From a candidate division FCPU426 bacterium (lineage in GTDB: Bacteria; Oederibacteriota; Muellerivitia; Muellerivitales; Muellerivitaceae), in NCBI GenBank assembly GCA_963771075.1, contig CAVYSE010000017.1:96001-160000 (forward strand): DNA of 64,000 bases, given 5' to 3'. How positions within the stretch are numbered: the first letter of the stretch is position 1; each line of letters starts with the position of its first letter. Positions 58,654 through 64,000 of this stretch are shown in pieces. Under the pieces are notes generated by a model, which was not told the origin of the DNA, searched no databases, and saw only the letters and a list, made by a program, of their open reading frames with translations. A program made the translations under genes and the position numbers.

Positions 58654-61600
58654 TTGAGATTTTCATCTGAGCTTTGTTCCCTAATAAATCCATTCATTAG
58701 GCTTTCGTTAAATCGATTTAATAGCCGTTTAATCGCTCTTCTTGTGAGCTTCGGTCTATTGGTTTTATCCCAACCAACCCAAGCAGCCCCCCCCCAACTG
58801 AAAATTAATGGTAGCGCAATCGTCAACGCGAGTAGCGGGTGCACAGTCCGTTTGAGGGGTGTGGACATCGATGGTCTCGAGTTTGGAGTCAATGACGCTA
58901 ACCCATCTGGGATTCTCGCAACCGCAACCGAGGCCATCGATACTTGGAAAAGTAATTTTATACGTTTGCCCTTGAACCAGGATCGATGGTTTTTTTATCC
59001 CGATAGTTATCCAGCCATGGTGGATCAATTGGTCAGTCTTTGCTCCTCACAAAATTGTTACATTATTCTCGATCTTCACTTTTCAGGCACCTCCAGTTCG
59101 GCGACTATTCCCCCAACGGGAGCGGGTTGGGGAACCGCAACAGGTCAGCAGGAGATGGCGGACTATAATGCTGTCACCTTTTGGAGTTCCGTGGCGGCCA
59201 GGTATGAGAACAATCCAGCGGTTTTCTTTGACCTTTACAACGAGCCCTACACCCTAGGAGCTAGTGCCTGGTACAGCGGCGGGTCGGCGGGTTCGTTCAA
59301 TACTCCTGGTATGAACGCTTTACTAACCGCAGTGCGTAATACAGGTGCCAACAATATTTGTATTGCCGGGGGTCTCAATTGGTGCAACGATTTAGCAAGC
59401 ATTTTGCCCAACTACGAACTTTCGACCACGAGTGGAAATGGGGTTTTGTACGACTGCCATATTTATTCTAATAATGCGAATCAAACGGTTAACGTATCTA
59501 CAACCACTTATCCCGTGATGGTTGGCGAGTTCGGGCCCTGCGCTACTTGCGGGACCGCTGCGTTCACACAAAATTTTATTTCAAGTGTTCTTGATCCAGG
59601 AAATTTAAGCTGGACAGCTTGGAACATGTCAGTGACCAATTCCCCTCCCTTGCTCTCGAGTTGGACGGGCTACAGTCCCACGTCTTATCACGGACAGTAT
59701 GTCTATAATTCTTTGACGGGTACGGCGAATCCATCCTGCGATTCCGCCATAGGCGGGGCGACCTATACCCCCACTCCCGTTCCCACCGAAGGAAATTGCT
59801 TCATGCTCTCCAATTTTTCACAGAGCCCCTACACGAGCGCGCCCTACGCCACCAACAACTTAAACGGTTCTTGGTCGGCCTATAATTGGGAAAGTCTTGG
59901 AAGCGGCGCACCCGAAACATCGAGCCCCATGTTGTCTTACGCCAGTTGTCCCGCTACTAATTTGTATTGCACGGCTTGCCTAAGCAGCGCCGTTGCGGGC
60001 CCAAATAGTGAAACTTATTCGGCTTTCGTAAGTGGCGGATATAGCGAGAACGGCACAAGCTCACCCGCAACTTATTGCGGTTTCGGCCTGCAAACCGATC
60101 TCCAGGTGGGTTATACCAACCTGAATTGGGTGACGAATTTCGCGTTTTATGTCCGAACCACGGTGGCTCCCGTAACTCTCCGGTTCCAGCTCAACAACCC
60201 CTCGATCAACCAGGAGCCAATTACTTGGCAAGGCCAGTATTTTGCGTGCGGGGGTAACGGGAACCAATACGGTCAAAATTTTGTTGTGAACCAGGCTAAT
60301 ACTTGGATTCTTGAGAGCTTTCCTATTAATGCAATGGAGTTTCAGGACTGGAATGGTGGCGATGGCGATTCACCGCCCCATAACAGCGCGGGGGTCACGA
60401 TGTGGCTATCCCAGGCCATCACCCAAGTGCTGGCCCTTCAATGGGAAACCCAAGGTGGACCTACGACCTTTGGCATGTATATCAACGACGTCTGCTTATC
60501 GGGTTCGACTCTGCCTATTACGCCCACCCCTTCCGCTGTAGCAAAAACCTCAACCTTTACTCCCACTCGCACACCTACGGTGGCTTTAACCAATACCAAT
60601 ACAGTTACTACTACACGCACCAACACCGCGTCTCCATCGCCTTCCCAAACTTCAACATCCTCCAACACGCCCACAAAATCCTCAACCCCATCCGTGACTG
60701 CCACTTTAACAGCGACTGTGGGCAATACTTTGACTTTTACAAGTAGTCCCACGAATACAATTACGCCTACTCCGACATATACAAGGACGATGACACCGAC
60801 CGCGACACTCTCGAGTACGGGAACGGTGACTCCCACAGCTTCATCGACTTCAAGCCGCACATCAACTTCAACCTACACCTCGACTGCTACCTCTACCTCA
60901 ACCCTATCCGGGACTCCCACTGCGACCACTCAATTTTCAGCGACTAATACTTTATCTCCTACCGCGACTCCAACCCAAACAACGACTAAGACTTTGACCA
61001 GTACCTATACTGCCACGTCAACCGGCACTTTCACGTCAACTATTACCTCTACTTCAACTAGTACAACGACAGCTACCCGTACCATGACTTCCACAATCAC
61101 GGGAACACCCACCGCAACATCTCCATTTACCTTAACCATTACCTTATCCCCAACGCTAACTTCGACCCCGACCTCCACCTTTACGACCACTGCGACTGCC
61201 ACCCGCACTTCAACAGGAACTTCCACCTTTACAGCGACTGCCACGGCGACATTTACGTCGACCCATACTTCGACCGCATCTTTCACGGGCACCTCGACTT
61301 CTACCTCAACCGCTACGCGCACTTTGACTCCCACGAACACCCCGACCAATTCCGTTACGGGAACCCCGACCCAAACAGGCACCCCAACGGCCACATTTCC
61401 GTTAAGCCCAACGATCACTTTGTCCCCGACGGTGACCCTTACACCGACCATCACCGCCTCATTTACGCCGACAAATACATTAACCAGTACGGTTACGTTT
61501 ACATCGACCCATACCCCCACCCATACCTCAACGGCGACCTCTACTTCGACCGCTACCTACACATCGACGGTGACTAACACGCCGACTTCTTCTTTTACCT

Positions 61601-63075
61601 CGACCTCAACATCGACTTCGACAGCGACCCGTACGATGACTCCCACGATCACTTCAACGTATACCATCACGGAAACGTCTACTGCTACTTTCCCCTTTAG
61701 TCCGACAATTACCTTATCCCCGACACTGACCTTGTCACCCACTGTAACTAATACACTCACATCCACGGCGACTTCTACTATTACGAGAACCCCCACTTTT
61801 ACGTCCACTTTGACACCGACCTTTACAGAGACCCATACCTTCACCGTAACGAATACTCCAACTATGACCAATACGTTTACGGAAACCCATACCACAACAG
61901 TTACCAACACACCCACCAATACCCAATCTCCAACATCGACCGATACATCTACAGCGACGGGTACGCCTTCCTCGACCGCTTCGTTTACCTTTACCTCAAC
62001 GGTTACGTTTACACCGACGTCAACAGCCACTTCAACAGCGACCAACACGTCTACAGCCACTAGTACGATTACAGTAACCCCAACGAATACCGACACTCCA
62101 GTCTTCACCTATACTCATACCTATACTTCAACGAATACTCCTACCGACACATCGACCACAACCTCCACTCAGACGGCGACATCAACACAAACTGCAACAT
62201 CTACACCTACATCAGATGTTTTGAACTTGAGTTCCACTACATCAACGGTAAATACCCTCTCGGGAAGCTCTGGCGTCACGGTGGTGTCGGCCACCCTTAC
62301 CAACACGACCAGCTTATCCGTGAACTTGACGAACGTGACTCTTGATGACATTGGAGGGAACGCAGCCAACATTACAAGTGTTAGCGTTTATGCCAATGGA
62401 ATTTTCGAGGGATCCATAACAGGATTTACGGGCAATACTGCGACGTTACCTTTGAATAACTTCCCGGTCACCTCTTCGCCTGTGAGTCTGCAATTCCAGG
62501 TGAATTTCAATAATTCGGCCATCGGAACCTATCAGTTCTCAATCAGTGGTTTAACGGGGATAAGCTCCAATAACGGCGGCCAACCGGTGTCAATATCGGG
62601 TCTGCCCGTTTTGGGCAATACCGTGAATTGCCAGCAAGCCACTTCAACCCCAACGAATACCTCTACCTTAACGTCTACCAATACTCAAACGATCACACCG
62701 ACTCCATCCTTAACGGTCACAGCCACGATTACCCCCACCTTAACCTTTACGGTAACCACCACCGGTACAATTACCGCCACCATTACCAATACCCCGGTTG
62801 CTTTAAGCGTTCCTGTGATATACCCCAACCCGGCGGATGGTACAGCCCAGGTAGCTGTTCGTCCCCCGGTCTACACGGGCAATTCCGTAACCGTGGAAAT
62901 CTACACAGTAGCTTACCGAAAAGTGTTTAAACACACGTATAGTAAGATGTATGGGGATGACCCGAAAATTTCCCTTGTTGATAATTGGAACAATCCGCTG
63001 GCGAGCGGTCTTTATTACGTCGTGGTGACCACCAACAGCGGCCATTCGGTTGGGAAAATGTTAGTCCTTCGATAA
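58654..63075 (+). CDS. Secreted GH5 / CBM-like / Thr-rich / T9SS-tail-like protein (copy 2)
   Basis: Inverted copy of 49825-54246; GGAGG at 58644-58648 before TTG. Confidence 0.85.
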   Translation: MRFSSELCSLINPFIRLSLNRFNSRLIALLVSFGLLVLSQPTQAAPPQLKINGSAIVNASSGCTVRLRGVDIDGLEFGVNDANPSGILATATEAIDTWKSNFIRLPLNQDRWFFYPDSYPAMVDQLVSLCSSQNCYIILDLHFSGTSSSATIPPTGAGWGTATGQQEMADYNAVTFWSSVAARYENNPAVFFDLYNEPYTLGASAWYSGGSAGSFNTPGMNALLTAVRNTGANNICIAGGLNWCNDLASILPNYELSTTSGNGVLYDCHIYSNNANQTVNVSTTTYPVMVGEFGPCATCGTAAFTQNFISSVLDPGNLSWTAWNMSVTNSPPLLSSWTGYSPTSYHGQYVYNSLTGTANPSCDSAIGGATYTPTPVPTEGNCFMLSNFSQSPYTSAPYATNNLNGSWSAYNWESLGSGAPETSSPMLSYASCPATNLYCTACLSSAVAGPNSETYSAFVSGGYSENGTSSPATYCGFGLQTDLQVGYTNLNWVTNFAFYVRTTVAPVTLRFQLNNPSINQEPITWQGQYFACGGNGNQYGQNFVVNQANTWILESFPINAMEFQDWNGGDGDSPPHNSAGVTMWLSQAITQVLALQWETQGGPTTFGMYINDVCLSGSTLPITPTPSAVAKTSTFTPTRTPTVALTNTNTVTTTRTNTASPSPSQTSTSSNTPTKSSTPSVTATLTATVGNTLTFTSSPTNTITPTPTYTRTMTPTATLSSTGTVTPTASSTSSRTSTSTYTSTATSTSTLSGTPTATTQFSATNTLSPTATPTQTTTKTLTSTYTATSTGTFTSTITSTSTSTTTATRTMTSTITGTPTATSPFTLTITLSPTLTSTPTSTFTTTATATRTSTGTSTFTATATATFTSTHTSTASFTGTSTSTSTATRTLTPTNTPTNSVTGTPTQTGTPTATFPLSPTITLSPTVTLTPTITASFTPTNTLTSTVTFTSTHTPTHTSTATSTSTATYTSTVTNTPTSSFTSTSTSTSTATRTMTPTITSTYTITETSTATFPFSPTITLSPTLTLSPTVTNTLTSTATSTITRTPTFTSTLTPTFTETHTFTVTNTPTMTNTFTETHTTTVTNTPTNTQSPTSTDTSTATGTPSSTASFTFTSTVTFTPTSTATSTATNTSTATSTITVTPTNTDTPVFTYTHTYTSTNTPTDTSTTTSTQTATSTQTATSTPTSDVLNLSSTTSTVNTLSGSSGVTVVSATLTNTTSLSVNLTNVTLDDIGGNAANITSVSVYANGIFEGSITGFTGNTATLPLNNFPVTSSPVSLQFQVNFNNSAIGTYQFSISGLTGISSNNGGQPVSISGLPVLGNTVNCQQATSTPTNTSTLTSTNTQTITPTPSLTVTATITPTLTFTVTTTGTITATITNTPVALSVPVIYPNPADGTAQVAVRPPVYTGNSVTVEIYTVAYRKVFKHTYSKMYGDDPKISLVDNWNNPLASGLYYVVVTTNSGHSVGKMLVLR

Positions 63076-63096
63076 ACAAGTAAAATCAAGCAACCG

Positions 63097-63126
63097 AAGG
63101 CCAGCCAAACAAGGCTGGCCTTTTTT
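63097..63126 (+). terminator. Intrinsic terminator after the GH5 gene (right copy)
   Basis: AAGGCCAGCC-AAACAA-GGCTGGCCTTTTTT. Confidence 0.85.
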
Positions 63127-63272
63127 ATTTAATTGGGGATTATCTTGTCGGCGGCCATTGATGGGCCCAAATCTTGGTTGAAGATTATCTTTCTTTCGCT
63201 GCTTTGAAACTTTTTAAATTGGATGGGTTATAATCCGAGGCCGATATTCTTCAGACTTTTTTGGATAAACCC

Positions 63273-64000
63273 ATGACTTTCCCTAAGCGTAATATTTTGA
63301 TCGCCGCCTTCTTGACCTTTATTTTTTCCTATCCCGGTTCGCTAAAAGCTTGGGGGGCGGTGGGCCACAAAACGATAGCCTGGATCGCCCAGGACCGTTT
63401 AAATCCCAAGGCCCGGAGGTCTGTCCGGGAATTGTTAGGCCAAGACCGAGATATGCCCTCGATTTCCACTTGGGCCGACGCCATTGTCCATGTAAGGCCG
63501 GAGACGGCTCCCTGGCATTACTTGAATCTCGACGTTCGGGAGGGCCAGGGGCAATTCGACCTTGAAACCGCTTGCCGATATGAGGACTGCGTGGTGGAGC
63601 AGATTAATAAAGATGTTCAAATCTTACGGGAACCTTTCGGTAAAAAAGGTGTTAAAAGGGAGGCCTTGAAGTTTTTGGTGCATTTTGTGGGCGATCTGCA
63701 CCAGCCCCTGCATTGCGCCGATGATAACGACCGGGGGGGAACGAGAAATGGTTTACGATCCCGTCTAAAAAAGGGAATAAGAAAATTTGGATATGTCTCC
63801 ACAAGTACTGGGATGATCTTTTTGAAACACAACCCATTATCCATCCCCCGCATGCTGGCTCGGCGTATGATGATGGGTTTGAAACAACCAATACCCAATC
63901 CCCTCGAGAAATGGCCACCCGGCTGGAGTCCGGGATGGATCCGAACGACGAATCCAATTGGGTTGGGGGAACTCCCGAGCAATGGGCTTACGAGTCTTTT
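63273..64000 (+). pseudogene. S1/P1 nuclease copy 2, same G7 frameshift (63733-63739), truncated by window end
   Basis: Reverse complement of 48900-49627. Confidence 0.8.

Larger units (their letters stand above)
56492..64000. repeat. Right arm of giant inverted repeat, runs off window
   Basis: The window end (…cgagtctttt) is the reverse complement of 48900-48909. Confidence 0.97.

Noticed and set aside
48900..64000. Composite transposon or IS-bounded element explaining the inverted repeat
   Set aside because: The arms contain only metabolic and secreted-protein genes; there is no transposase, integrase or resolvase in the window.

Overview
Bacterial chromosomal DNA from what looks like a diderm, probably uncultured lineage. 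It has four blocks. (1) 1-2880: end of a carbohydrate ABC transporter operon. (2) ~3.6-35 kb: a large surface-glycosylation island. It holds six polytopic GT-C-like membrane proteins (one YfhO-like, four ArnT/PMT-like proteins with C-terminal PA14-like domains, one DUF2723/TMEM260-like with TPRs), three membrane-anchored NHL beta-propellers, a Dpm1-like GT2, a GT9, an epimerase-GT2 fusion, a GtrA-like/methyltransferase fusion, three more methyltransferases and a split transketolase. (3) 35-47 kb: rpoN-hpf-ptsN-hprK-yvcK, then a mannose-family PTS (IIA, IIB, IIC, IID, HPr, EI) with a GH57 gene translationally coupled between IIB and IIC. (4) 48.9-64 kb: a giant inverted repeat with arms of at least 7.5 kb running off the window and a unique spacer of only ~94 nt. 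It duplicates an S1/P1 nuclease (frameshifted at a G7 tract in both copies), a GH5/Thr-rich/T9SS-tail-like protein, a lipoprotein and inositol-3-phosphate synthase. The arms differ near the centre, mostly by synonymous changes, and are almost identical further out. Whether the palindrome is biological or an assembly/fold-back artefact cannot be decided from the sequence alone. All family assignments are from motif recognition by eye; no database searches were run.
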